From: Candidatus Hydrogenedentota bacterium
Lineage (GTDB): Bacteria; Hydrogenedentota; Hydrogenedentia; Hydrogenedentales; SLHB01
DNA length: 64,000 nucleotides
NCBI GenBank assembly: GCA_045863335.1
Contig: BTVY01000033.1
Coordinates: 14,243 to 78,242, forward strand
Reading direction: 5' to 3'
Below, piece by piece: positions 27,165-36,769 of this stretch. Position 1 is the first letter of the stretch; every line of letters begins with the position of its first letter. The position numbers were made by a program, and so were the translations under genes. The notes beneath the pieces are model-generated. The model did not search any database. It was given only the letters and a program-made list of their open reading frames with translations, and was not told the origin of the DNA.

Positions 27165-28511
27165 ATGCCGTGGACATACACGATCGATGCATTGGCGTCC
27201 CTTCTTGGTATCGAGCCGCAAAAGAACGGCGAAGCAACGTTCTCGTCGATTTCGACGGACACCCGCACGCTGCAGCCGGGCCAGGTCTTCTTCGCCCTGT
27301 CCGGCGAGAATTTTGACGGAAACGATTTCGTGCCGGCGGCCTTCGACCGTGGCGCGCTTGCCGCCGTAACAACGCGGACCAATGACGCGGGGCCCTGCCT
27401 CGTCGTAGATGATCCCCTCAAGGCCTTGCAGTCCTTCGCTTCGGCCCATCGCGCCAACTACGAACCGCTCGTCTTTGCGATCACGGGATCCTGCGGAAAA
27501 ACTACTTCGAAGGACTTCATTGCAGCGGTCCTTGGTTCGCGCATGAAGGTGATCAAAACGCAAGGCAACCTCAATAACGAGATTGGATGCCCGTTATCTT
27601 TGCTCCAGATCGATGAAGATACTGATGCCGCCATAATCGAAATGGGCGCGGCGAGCCCCGGCAATATTCGCGAGTTGTGTGAGTTAGCCAAACCGACGGA
27701 AGCGGCGATTACCCTGGTCGCGCCGGCGCATCTTTCCGGATTCGGCACGATTGAGGCAATAGCCGCTACCAAGGCCGAAATTGTCGAAGGTCTCCCCGAG
27801 GACGGGACGTTCTACGTCAACGTAGACAACCCCTGGTGCGTGAAAGCCGCCGGCACCTTCACCGGCACTCGCGTCCGCTACGGCAGTTCCGGAGACGTGG
27901 TACTCAAGTCCTGCCGGTTCGACGAATCCGGCGAGATGCTCCTGCACGTCGATCCCGTAGGCGAATTGCGGTTGCCGCTGGCGTGCCGCGCCCACGCGAG
28001 CAATGTGCTGCTCGCTGTCGCGGTCGGATTGCGCCACGGAATCACGGACTTTGAAGGCCCCCTTCGCGAAGCGGCCGCCAACCGTAGCCGTTTCACGATT
28101 CGCCAAATCGGCGCGCTGCACGTCATCGACGATGCGTACAATGCGAGTCCCGCGAGTATGGCCGCCGCCCTGGAAGGGCTGTCGGAACGCCCGGGAAACG
28201 GCGCCCGAATTGCCGCCCTGGGCGACATGCTGGAACTCGGGCCCCAGTCCGACGCGTTACACCGCGAAGTCGGTGAACTGGCGGGCCGTCTCGGGATTCA
28301 CCGGCTGTTTGCGCAGGGAGACCATGCCTCTGGTATGATCGAGGCCGCGCGGCTTAGCGGCGTATCCCACGCGGAAGTAATCCAGGACCCCCAGTCCATG
28401 GCGGAGGCCATCCAGCAAAGCTCGAAACCGGGGGACATCCTGCTTGTCAAAGGTTCTCGCGGCATGCGAATGGAGCGTGTCATCGAAGCCCTGGCCGCGT
28501 TCGAAACCTAG
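27165..28511 (+). CDS. murF: UDP-MurNAc-tripeptide--D-Ala-D-Ala ligase
   Basis: TGSCGKTT, NNEIG, DAYNASP, GDMLELG, KGSRG. Confidence 0.96.
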   Translation: MPWTYTIDALASLLGIEPQKNGEATFSSISTDTRTLQPGQVFFALSGENFDGNDFVPAAFDRGALAAVTTRTNDAGPCLVVDDPLKALQSFASAHRANYEPLVFAITGSCGKTTSKDFIAAVLGSRMKVIKTQGNLNNEIGCPLSLLQIDEDTDAAIIEMGAASPGNIRELCELAKPTEAAITLVAPAHLSGFGTIEAIAATKAEIVEGLPEDGTFYVNVDNPWCVKAAGTFTGTRVRYGSSGDVVLKSCRFDESGEMLLHVDPVGELRLPLACRAHASNVLLAVAVGLRHGITDFEGPLREAAANRSRFTIRQIGALHVIDDAYNASPASMAAALEGLSERPGNGARIAALGDMLELGPQSDALHREVGELAGRLGIHRLFAQGDHASGMIEAARLSGVSHAEVIQDPQSMAEAIQQSSKPGDILLVKGSRGMRMERVIEALAAFET

Positions 28512-28520
28512 AGGAAATCC

Positions 28521-30005
28521 ATGCTGTACTACCTGGGGCTGCTCTTGCGGTCCGACGTGTCGCTATTCAACGTGTTCACGTACCATACGGTGCGTGCGGG
28601 CGGCGCCGCAGTCACCGCGTTCGCAGTATCCCTGTTGATCGGGCCGACGATAATCCGTCTGCTGCGATCGCTCAAAGTGGGCCAGTACATCCGCAGGGAA
28701 CACGTCGCCGATCTGCACGCCTTGCACAAGAGCAAGGCCGGCACGCCGACCATGGGCGGCGCGCTGATCATTCTTGCCGCACTGATCTCGCTCGCGTTCT
28801 GGGGGCGTTTCACGAACCGGCTTCTTCTGATGGCGATACTTGCGATGGCGTTGCTGGGGGCGGTTGGATTCCTCGACGACTACATCAAGCTACGCCGCAA
28901 ACACAACCAGGGCCTGAGTGCCAAAGCAAAAATGGCCGGGCAACTGATCGTTGGAATCGGGATGGGGCTGTATCTCGTCTACAGTCCGATTGCCGTCAGC
29001 GCCACCTATCTTGCGACGTACGACATTCTGGATTGGGAACGCTTTGGCCAGTTGCTCCGCAATGCAGACCCCGAGAATGCGCAAACCCCCGCCGACCGCC
29101 TCGTCGATTTAATGGCCGAACCGGCGCGGACTTTCGTGCTCGAAGACGGCGGAAACCAGCCGTGGGGGTACGAAGCCCGGACCAATGTGTTGCACGGCTT
29201 GGAAGCGTCGCTGCGGCGGCACGATTTGTACGACCCTCAAGCGTGGACTGGCGTGGCGCTCACGCCGGAGGCCGAATATCTGCTCGCCGACGGTCCCAGC
29301 AATCTCTCCGAACGGGAGTTGCTCCGGCTGAATCGCCTGCTGGTCGAAGCGGCGCTGCCGGACCTCGTCGCATCGTCGCCGCCGGACATGCACACCAAAG
29401 TTGAGATTCCCGGCCTGAAGATGGTCCTCATTCCGATGGGGATTCTCTACGTCTTCTTTGTATTGATGATCATCGTCGGGTCGTCGAATGCGGTGAACCT
29501 GACCGATGGTCTCGATGGCCTCGCTATCGGGGCCTCGATCATTTCGCTGCTGGCGTACACGGGCATTGCGTACGTGGTCAGTCGCGCCGACTGGTCCCAA
29601 TACCTCTACTTGATCCACGTGCCCGAGGCCAGCGAACTGACCGTGTTCGGCGGCGCCATGTTGGGCGCGGGCCTCGGATTTTTGTGGTTTAATTCGCACC
29701 CGGCCGAGGTCTTCATGGGCGATACCGGGTCGCTCGCCCTGGGCGGCGCGTTGGGGACCATGGCCATTCTGACGAAACAGGAACTGCTCTTGGTCATCGT
29801 GGGCGGCCTGTTTGTGGTGGAGGCGCTCAGCGTCATCATCCAGGTCGCGTCGTTCAAACTGCGGGGCAAGCGGGTTTTCAAGATGGCCCCGCTCCATCAT
29901 CACTTCGAACTCCTCGGATGGTCCGAAAGCAAAGTGACGGTCCGATTCTGGATCATCGCGATCGTATTCGCGTTGATGAGTCTCGCAACCTTGAAGCTGC
30001 GCTAA
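28521..30005 (+). CDS. mraY: Phospho-MurNAc-pentapeptide transferase with ~130-aa insertion
   Basis: KAGTPTMGG, FLDDY, NAVNLTDGLDGL, FMGDTGS, MAPLHHHFE. Confidence 0.96.
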   Translation: MLYYLGLLLRSDVSLFNVFTYHTVRAGGAAVTAFAVSLLIGPTIIRLLRSLKVGQYIRREHVADLHALHKSKAGTPTMGGALIILAALISLAFWGRFTNRLLLMAILAMALLGAVGFLDDYIKLRRKHNQGLSAKAKMAGQLIVGIGMGLYLVYSPIAVSATYLATYDILDWERFGQLLRNADPENAQTPADRLVDLMAEPARTFVLEDGGNQPWGYEARTNVLHGLEASLRRHDLYDPQAWTGVALTPEAEYLLADGPSNLSERELLRLNRLLVEAALPDLVASSPPDMHTKVEIPGLKMVLIPMGILYVFFVLMIIVGSSNAVNLTDGLDGLAIGASIISLLAYTGIAYVVSRADWSQYLYLIHVPEASELTVFGGAMLGAGLGFLWFNSHPAEVFMGDTGSLALGGALGTMAILTKQELLLVIVGGLFVVEALSVIIQVASFKLRGKRVFKMAPLHHHFELLGWSESKVTVRFWIIAIVFALMSLATLKLR

Positions 30006-30007
30006 CG

Positions 30008-31360
30008 ATGGAACTTCGCGGGAAAAAAGTCACGGTTGTCGGCATGGGGCGAACCGCCATGTCCGTCGTCAAGCTCCTGCTCCGGGAAGGCGCGGAACCG
30101 TTTGTGACCGACAGCAATCAGGCTGAGCGCCTCGAAGGCCAGACGGCCGAACTGCGCGCATTGGGTGTTGCCTACGAATGCGGAGGACACACCTCAGACG
30201 CCTTTTCCGGCGCGACCTGGGTCCTGCCCAGTCCGGGGGTGTCGCCAAGACTCGATTGCATCCAGCAAGCGCTTGCAGGCGGAGCCTGGCTCATCGGTGA
30301 ACTCGAGTTGGCGTCGTGGTTCAATACGGCGCCCGTTCTGGCGGTAACCGGCACCAACGGCAAGACAACGACGACCGAACTGCTCCGCGCACTCGTAGCA
30401 GGATGTGGTCACGATGTCGTGCTTGCGGGGAATAACGACACCCCTTTTTCCAGCGTCGTGCTTTCCGAACAGAGACCCGACTACGTCGTGCTCGAGGCAA
30501 GCAGTTACCAGACGGAACTCATCCGCAGCTTTCGGCCGTGGATCGCCGCCGCGCTCAACGTGACGCCGGATCACCTGGCGCGCCACGGAACGCTGGAAGG
30601 ATACGCGGCAGCCAAGGCGCGCCTCTTCGTCAACCAGATTCCCGGCGACATCGCGGTACTCAATGCGGATGACCCGCGCGTTGCGGAGATGGCGGCCGGT
30701 GTCGCGTCATCCGTTTATTGGTTCAGCATAGACAGGCACGTTGATCGGGGAATGAGCGTATCGGGAGACGACATCCTTTCTGATGGCGAACCGGTTGCAC
30801 GCGTATCCGATTCATGCTTGCCGGGCCGGCACAACCTGGCCAACGTGCTTGCCGCGTTGACCATGATGCGGGCCGGCGGCTTCGATTGGCCCAAGACCAT
30901 CGAGAGCTTGCGCGCGTTTCGTGGTGTCGAACACCGCATCGAGTTGGTGGCAGAGCGGGGCGGGGTCGCGTATTACAACGATTCCAAATCGACCAACCTC
31001 GACAGCTTGCGCGTAGCGCTCGAAAGCTTCAGCCGCCCGATCATCCTGATCGCCGGCGGCGAGGGCAAAGGCGCGGACTACCGCGTTCTCCGGGATTTGC
31101 TCCGGCAGCACGTCAAACACCTCGTCCTTATCGGAGAAGACGCGCCGCTTATTGAAGCGGCCTTTGGCGACCTCGTCCCGACGGTCCGTTGTGCCGACAT
31201 GGATGAGGCGGTTCGGCGCGCCGCGTCGTTGGCGGTGGAGGGCGATATCGTGCTGCTTTCTCCGGCTTGCGCGAGTTTCGATATGTTCGACAACTACGAG
31301 CACCGTGGACGCGTGTTCAAGGAATGCGTCCGCCAACGCGTAGAGGATCTGGCGCCATGA
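30008..31360 (+). CDS. murD: UDP-MurNAc-L-Ala--D-glutamate ligase
   Basis: GTNGKTTT, DHLARH, NDSKSTN, LSPACASFD. Confidence 0.96.
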   Translation: MELRGKKVTVVGMGRTAMSVVKLLLREGAEPFVTDSNQAERLEGQTAELRALGVAYECGGHTSDAFSGATWVLPSPGVSPRLDCIQQALAGGAWLIGELELASWFNTAPVLAVTGTNGKTTTTELLRALVAGCGHDVVLAGNNDTPFSSVVLSEQRPDYVVLEASSYQTELIRSFRPWIAAALNVTPDHLARHGTLEGYAAAKARLFVNQIPGDIAVLNADDPRVAEMAAGVASSVYWFSIDRHVDRGMSVSGDDILSDGEPVARVSDSCLPGRHNLANVLAALTMMRAGGFDWPKTIESLRAFRGVEHRIELVAERGGVAYYNDSKSTNLDSLRVALESFSRPIILIAGGEGKGADYRVLRDLLRQHVKHLVLIGEDAPLIEAAFGDLVPTVRCADMDEAVRRAASLAVEGDIVLLSPACASFDMFDNYEHRGRVFKECVRQRVEDLAP

Positions 31361-32490
31361 AACGCGAATCGATCTTTGCATTCAACGTCGTTCTGGTACT
31401 CGTGTTCATAGGGATGCTCATGGTGTACAGCGCCAGCGCCGTTCGTAGCTACAGCCCCGATGGTATGGCCGCGGAGCCGGCTTTCCCTCCTTTCCTGAAG
31501 CAGTTTGTTTGCGTGGCGATCGGAATGGCGGGACTGTTCGTGGCCGCCCGTTTCGACTATCACAACTTCCGGAGCCGAATCGTACTGTGGCCGCTGGTTT
31601 TGATTACGCTCGGGCTGTTGATTGCCGTCTTGATTCACGGGGACGCCGTTCGCGGGGGGCAACGGTGGATTTCCATTTTCGGATTCAGCGTTCAGCCGTC
31701 CGAGCTGGCAAAGTCAACCTTGGTCATCTTGCTCGCCGTGAAGCTGTCGGAGAATCAAGCCATCCTGACCCGCTTCTGGCGTGGGTTCCTACCGCCAATT
31801 TTGATCGTTGGATTGTTTGCCGGGCTGGTTCTGCTCGAACAAGATCTGGGGACTCCGGTCGTCATGGTTTCGGTAGCCATGCTCATGATTGTGATGGCGG
31901 GGGGCCGCTGGGCGCACGTACTGCCGACCTGTCTTCCGGCCGCGGTTGCCGTATACGCGCTTATCAAAGGCAGCGGCTATCGATCCGATCGGATTGAGGC
32001 CTGGTTGGATCCCTGGAAACACCGTTCCGACAAGGGCCTTCAGTTGATCGAAAGCCTCGCAGGATTTGCGCGCGGCGGTGTCTGGGGCCAGGGACTCGGC
32101 GCCAGCGAACAGAAACTGCGGTACCTTCCCGACGCGCATTCGGACTTCATTTTTGCCGTATGGGCCGAGGAAATGGGGCTCATCGGCAGCGTCGGTCTCG
32201 TCGTGCTCTTTCTCCTCTTTGTCATCGTGGCGATCCGTATCGCCGTGTGCGCACGGGATTTGTTTGGCTCGCTCTTGGCGAGCGGAATCGTCACCTTGAT
32301 CACCGTCCAGGCATGCTTCAACATGGCGGTGACCACGGGAATGCTGCCGACAAAGGGTTTGGCGCTTCCCTTCATCAGCGCTGGCGGCAGCGCGTTAATT
32401 GTGAACCTGACGATGGTCGGCATCCTGATCAACGTCGGCGTTCAGGCAGTCGAAACCGACGACGAGCTGCAACTCGCAGTAGCGAAGTAA
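31357..32490 (+). CDS. ftsW: SEDS peptidoglycan polymerase FtsW
   Basis: RWI..QPSELAK, LPDAHSDFIF..EEMG, PTKGLALPFISAGGS. Confidence 0.95.
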   Translation: MKRESIFAFNVVLVLVFIGMLMVYSASAVRSYSPDGMAAEPAFPPFLKQFVCVAIGMAGLFVAARFDYHNFRSRIVLWPLVLITLGLLIAVLIHGDAVRGGQRWISIFGFSVQPSELAKSTLVILLAVKLSENQAILTRFWRGFLPPILIVGLFAGLVLLEQDLGTPVVMVSVAMLMIVMAGGRWAHVLPTCLPAAVAVYALIKGSGYRSDRIEAWLDPWKHRSDKGLQLIESLAGFARGGVWGQGLGASEQKLRYLPDAHSDFIFAVWAEEMGLIGSVGLVVLFLLFVIVAIRIAVCARDLFGSLLASGIVTLITVQACFNMAVTTGMLPTKGLALPFISAGGSALIVNLTMVGILINVGVQAVETDDELQLAVAK

Positions 32491-32530
32491 TGCCATCGCC
32501 GGTCGTGGCAAACATTTCCCAGGCGGTACT

Positions 32531-33649
32531 ATGCGCATCATGATTGCAGGTGGCGGGACAGGCGGGCACACTTCCCCCGCGCGGGCCATACTCGAGGAGA
32601 TCCACAACCGCGATTCACTTCTGGTCGCGCAGTGGGTTGGATGTCGGGGGTCAATCGAAGAGCGCGTCAGCGCGGCCATGGCCATCCCCTTCCGCAGCCT
32701 TTCTGTGGAAGGTTGGCCCCGCAGGCGCACTCCCCGCCGGCTCTGGGTCGCCCTGAAACTGGTTTGGTCGGTTTTTCGCGCGTGGACCTATCTTCGCAAG
32801 TTCCGGCCCCAGGTGGTCGTGGGCGTGGGCGGCTACGTTTCGCTGCCGCTCCTGTGGGCTGCCCAACGCATGGGCATTCCCACTGTCATTCACGAACAGA
32901 ACCGGCTGCTCGGTGTCGCCAACCGCTTGCTTGCCGCTCGGGCGACCCGGGTCTTGCTCAGCTTCCCCGAAACCAAGGGGACCTATCCTCCAGAGAGGAC
33001 CCGAGTCGTCGGCAACCCGGTGCGCGCGGCCTTTGAATCGCCCCCTGATGCCGGCACGGCGCGCGAATCTTTTGGTTTGGACCCCGCGGTGCCGGTTGTC
33101 CTCGTGTGCGGCGGGAGCCAGGGTGCCCGGCGCATCAACGAGGCCGTGGCGCAGGCCGTAATGCGATTCGGTGCCGGTGAGGCGCAGTTCATATGGATGA
33201 CCGGGCAAGCGGACGCCGCCATGGGCCGCGAGATCGCGGAGAAGGCGCCGGTCAAGACTCATGTATTTCCCTTCATTGACGACATGGCCGGCGCATGCGC
33301 CGCGGCGGATATTATCGTGAGCCGCGCAGGCGCATCGACCACCGCGGAAATCGCCATGCTCGGTAAACCTTCCATATTGGTTCCATATCCGCATGCGACG
33401 GACAATCACCAGTGGCACAACGCCCAATCCTTCGTCAACGCAGGCGCGGCGGTGTTGCTGGAGGACTCAGACTGCACCGCGGACAGGTTGACCGTCGCGA
33501 TACGGGATTTCCTCAGCCGTCCGGCTCAGTTGGAGCGTATGGGTGCAGCCGCCCGAACCCTGGCGAATCCGCGCGCCACGGACGCGATAGTGGAGGAGAT
33601 CCTGGGACTCGTCTTCGGGGGGGAGCCTCGCGATCGGGTGTCTGTATAG
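32531..33649 (+). CDS. murG: Lipid II synthase, GlcNAc transferase MurG
   Basis: GGGTGGH, GGYVS, HEQN, GNPVR, GGSQGA, SRAGAST. Confidence 0.97.
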   Translation: MRIMIAGGGTGGHTSPARAILEEIHNRDSLLVAQWVGCRGSIEERVSAAMAIPFRSLSVEGWPRRRTPRRLWVALKLVWSVFRAWTYLRKFRPQVVVGVGGYVSLPLLWAAQRMGIPTVIHEQNRLLGVANRLLAARATRVLLSFPETKGTYPPERTRVVGNPVRAAFESPPDAGTARESFGLDPAVPVVLVCGGSQGARRINEAVAQAVMRFGAGEAQFIWMTGQADAAMGREIAEKAPVKTHVFPFIDDMAGACAAADIIVSRAGASTTAEIAMLGKPSILVPYPHATDNHQWHNAQSFVNAGAAVLLEDSDCTADRLTVAIRDFLSRPAQLERMGAAARTLANPRATDAIVEEILGLVFGGEPRDRVSV

Positions 33650-33739
33650 CTCCGCGTTGCGACGCCCGATTCGGACAAATTGACACTCGCCATCTCGACT
33701 GATAGATTTCGCCCGTGGCAAGGGGTGATTGAGGGAAGC

Positions 33740-34741
33740 ATGACTACTCACGGAAGTATTGGGCGTTTGTCAGGGTGGGGGCACACCGAAGCGGGATTCC
33801 GGCGAATCCCGATCGCGAGTCTCCGTCTCGACTCGATCCCGTCGTTCAACATCCATATTGCGGTCGCTGGCGAGCAGAAGCCCGTATTGTTTCGGGAGAT
33901 GAATCTCCCGATTACCGGCGACGTCCTCGGAGCCCTGGCGGACAATCGCCACGAGTACGTCTACGTCTCTACCGACCAGGAAAGAGCGTACTTGAAGTAC
34001 GCCGAGGAAAACCTCGGAAATGTGCTTTCCGACGAATCTGTTCCGGTCGAAGAACGGTCTCAGGTCTTATACAGTTGCGCCCAAGGGCTGGTTTCGCAGG
34101 TCCTGGAGGAACCGCGGTCGAAGGAGCTGATTCAACGGAGCAGCGACCTGGTGCGAAGCACCACCACATTCATGATCAACGAAAAGGCGGCATTCTCCCA
34201 TTTGCTGAAACTCGTTTCTTACGATTACTACACGTACACCCACAGCGTAAACGTGTTTGTGTTCAGCGTTACCTTGGCTCAACGCGTTGGTTTCACGGAC
34301 CCGCAGGAGTTGCAGGAATTCGGAGAAGGCGTGCTGCTCCATGATATCGGAAAGAGCATGATCGACCCGTCCATCATCAATTGCACGGGCAAACTCAGCG
34401 AAGAACAATGGCAGTCCATGCGCATGCATCCCGTCCACGGGTACGACATCATGCGCGAGCACGGTTCGCTGACGGACATGGCCCTCAGCGTGGTCCGGCA
34501 CCATCATGAGAAGATTCGGGGAGGCGGATACCCGGACAATTTGAAAGGCAAGCAGATCGCGCCACTCGTGCGGATTTCGACGATTGCCGACATCTTTGAC
34601 GCCCTGACTACTCGGCGGTCCTACAAGAACGCCATGGGAACCTTCGAGGCCCTCCGGATCATGCGGGACGAGATCAGCCGCGATCTGGACGAAGATTACT
34701 TTCGCTCCTTCGTCGCGATGATGGGCAATCCAGACGGATAA
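33740..34741 (+). CDS. HD-GYP domain protein (putative cyclic dinucleotide phosphodiesterase)
   Basis: HSVNV, HDIGK, HHEK..GGGYP, ADIFDALT. Confidence 0.92.
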   Translation: MTTHGSIGRLSGWGHTEAGFRRIPIASLRLDSIPSFNIHIAVAGEQKPVLFREMNLPITGDVLGALADNRHEYVYVSTDQERAYLKYAEENLGNVLSDESVPVEERSQVLYSCAQGLVSQVLEEPRSKELIQRSSDLVRSTTTFMINEKAAFSHLLKLVSYDYYTYTHSVNVFVFSVTLAQRVGFTDPQELQEFGEGVLLHDIGKSMIDPSIINCTGKLSEEQWQSMRMHPVHGYDIMREHGSLTDMALSVVRHHHEKIRGGGYPDNLKGKQIAPLVRISTIADIFDALTTRRSYKNAMGTFEALRIMRDEISRDLDEDYFRSFVAMMGNPDG

Positions 34742-34869
34742 TCCTCCGAACTCTGTCGCCCCAGAATCAGCATGCCCTGCAACCTATTGACGCCCAACAG
34801 AATTTGGAGTAGACTGGCCCAAGGGTGGAGGTTTCGGGTCGCTAACCGTATGGAGCGATCGGCATCATC

Positions 34870-35838
34870 ATGGCCGCGAGCAGCGTGCAGGGTTTTCGCG
34901 CCATCCCGCTATCCAGCATCCGGATGGACTCCGTAACTGAGTTCGACATTCACATCCAGACGAGGCCCGGCCTGCCACCTGTGCTGTACCGCGAGCGCAG
35001 GTTGCCCGTTACGCCTGTTGTCATCGAAAAACTCGTCGAGCAACGGCATCACCATGTCTACATCCCCGCCGAACAAGAGAGGGAGTACCGCCGGTACATT
35101 ACCGATCACATCGAGGCCATTCTTGCCGACCCGGGGCTGCCTTTGTCCGAAAAGTGCGAGGTCCTTTACGATTCCGCCCAAGGGCTCGTCGCGGACATTC
35201 TGGAAGATCCACGGTCTCGCGAGTTAATGGCACGCAGCAAGGAGCTGGTCGCGAGCACCGTCACCTTCATGAGCCAGGAGCAGCACGCATTTCAGTACCT
35301 GATTCAGTTGGTCTCGTATGACTACTATACCTACACCCACAGCGTAAACGTCAGTATTTTCAGCATCGCCCTCGCGCAGCATCTCGACTGTTTTGACGTC
35401 GCTGCGCTTCGCGACCTCGGCGAGGGTACCCTACTTCATGACGTGGGCAAGAGCATGATCGACCCGTCAATCACGTTACACCGCGGACCACTGACGGACG
35501 AGCAGTGGCGCATCATGAAAATGCACCCGGTCTACGGATACGAGATCCTGTTCGATCACGGCCTTCTCGGGCCGGCCGCCCTCGATGTGGTGCGGCACCA
35601 TCACGAGAAACTCGATGGAAGCGGGTACCCCGACGGCCTGAAGGGCGACCAAATCTCACCGCTGGTTCGGGTCAGCACAATCGCCGACATCTTTGACGCC
35701 ATGACGACCCGGCGTTGCTACCGCGGGGCCATGAAGTCGTTTGACGCATTGTTGGAGATGAAGGAACACCTCGGTTTTCAAGTGGACCAGGTGTACTTCC
35801 GCACCTTCGTGGAAATGATGGGGAATGCGGAAGCGTGA
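34870..35838 (+). CDS. HD-GYP domain protein, tandem paralog
   Basis: HSVNV, HDVGK, HHEKLDGSGYP, ADIFDAMT. Confidence 0.92.
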   Translation: MAASSVQGFRAIPLSSIRMDSVTEFDIHIQTRPGLPPVLYRERRLPVTPVVIEKLVEQRHHHVYIPAEQEREYRRYITDHIEAILADPGLPLSEKCEVLYDSAQGLVADILEDPRSRELMARSKELVASTVTFMSQEQHAFQYLIQLVSYDYYTYTHSVNVSIFSIALAQHLDCFDVAALRDLGEGTLLHDVGKSMIDPSITLHRGPLTDEQWRIMKMHPVYGYEILFDHGLLGPAALDVVRHHHEKLDGSGYPDGLKGDQISPLVRVSTIADIFDAMTTRRCYRGAMKSFDALLEMKEHLGFQVDQVYFRTFVEMMGNAEA

Positions 35839-35868
35839 AGCTTCGCAAGCCGCGCGCGATCGAGAGGC

Positions 35869-36543
35869 CTAGACCCGTGCGGCTTCGGGCGGCATCTCCT
35901 TCAGAATCGAGACGCCCGTGCTGGTACCGATCCGGGTGGCGCCTGCCGTAATCATCGCCACCGCATCCGCGTACGATCGGATACCGCCGGCCGCCTTAAT
36001 CCCCAAGGTGCCGCCAACGACCTGCCGCATCAAGGCTACGTCCTCGGCTGTGGCGCCGGCGCGGCCAAACCCCGTCGACGTCTTAACAAACGCCGCGCCC
36101 GATCGCTTCGCCATCTCGCACGCCGCGATCTTCTCCTCGGTGGTGAGATAGCTGGTTTCAATGATGACCTTGACCGGCACGTGCTGCACGCCCTTGACAA
36201 CCGCCGCGATCTCCCGCTCAACGAAACTCGGGAAACCGGATTTCAACGCGCCGATGTTGATTACCATATCGATTTCGGTAGCGCCGTTCCTCACGCATTC
36301 CCGGGCCTCCTCGACTTTGATGCGCGCCGTATTCGCCCCCAGGGGAAAGCCGACCGTTGGATTCACGCCGACGCCGGTGTTTTGCAGTCGCTTTGCGCAG
36401 AACGCCGTCCAGACAGGATTGATGGATACGGATGCAAATCCGCATTTCACCGCAACTTCACAGAGCTCTGTGATGTCGTTTTGAGTGGCATTCGCCCGGA
36501 CCTGCGTATGATCGATCATCCGGGCAAGTTGTACTCGAGTCAA
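35869..36543 (-). CDS. deoC: Deoxyribose-phosphate aldolase
   Basis: IDHT, GFPLG, EIDMV, KVIIET, FVKTSTGF, KAAGGI, RIGTS; TTG start after AGGAG. Confidence 0.96.
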   Translation of the reverse strand: MTRVQLARMIDHTQVRANATQNDITELCEVAVKCGFASVSINPVWTAFCAKRLQNTGVGVNPTVGFPLGANTARIKVEEARECVRNGATEIDMVINIGALKSGFPSFVEREIAAVVKGVQHVPVKVIIETSYLTTEEKIAACEMAKRSGAAFVKTSTGFGRAGATAEDVALMRQVVGGTLGIKAAGGIRSYADAVAMITAGATRIGTSTGVSILKEMPPEAARV

Positions 36544-36769
36544 CGATTTGGTCTCCTGCGTGGCGCGCGTTCCCGTTGCGGCTCTGGCCGGTGCGTGGGG
36601 CGGCCTATTCCCGTTAAATCCAACCGTGGGCGCATAGTGTCGCCCATTTAATCACAAAAATCCAATTCCCAAGCGGCGCAGTCCGCCGATCCCGGGCTCC
36701 GCCGCGTTTGTTACCGCATCAACCGGATGGTAGACTGCCTCGCAAACCGCGGGAACGGAGAGGTGAGCC

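Noticed and set aside
28990-29390. Intein in MraY
   Set aside because: No intein-like N-terminal block or C-terminal His-Asn motif; kept as an inserted domain.
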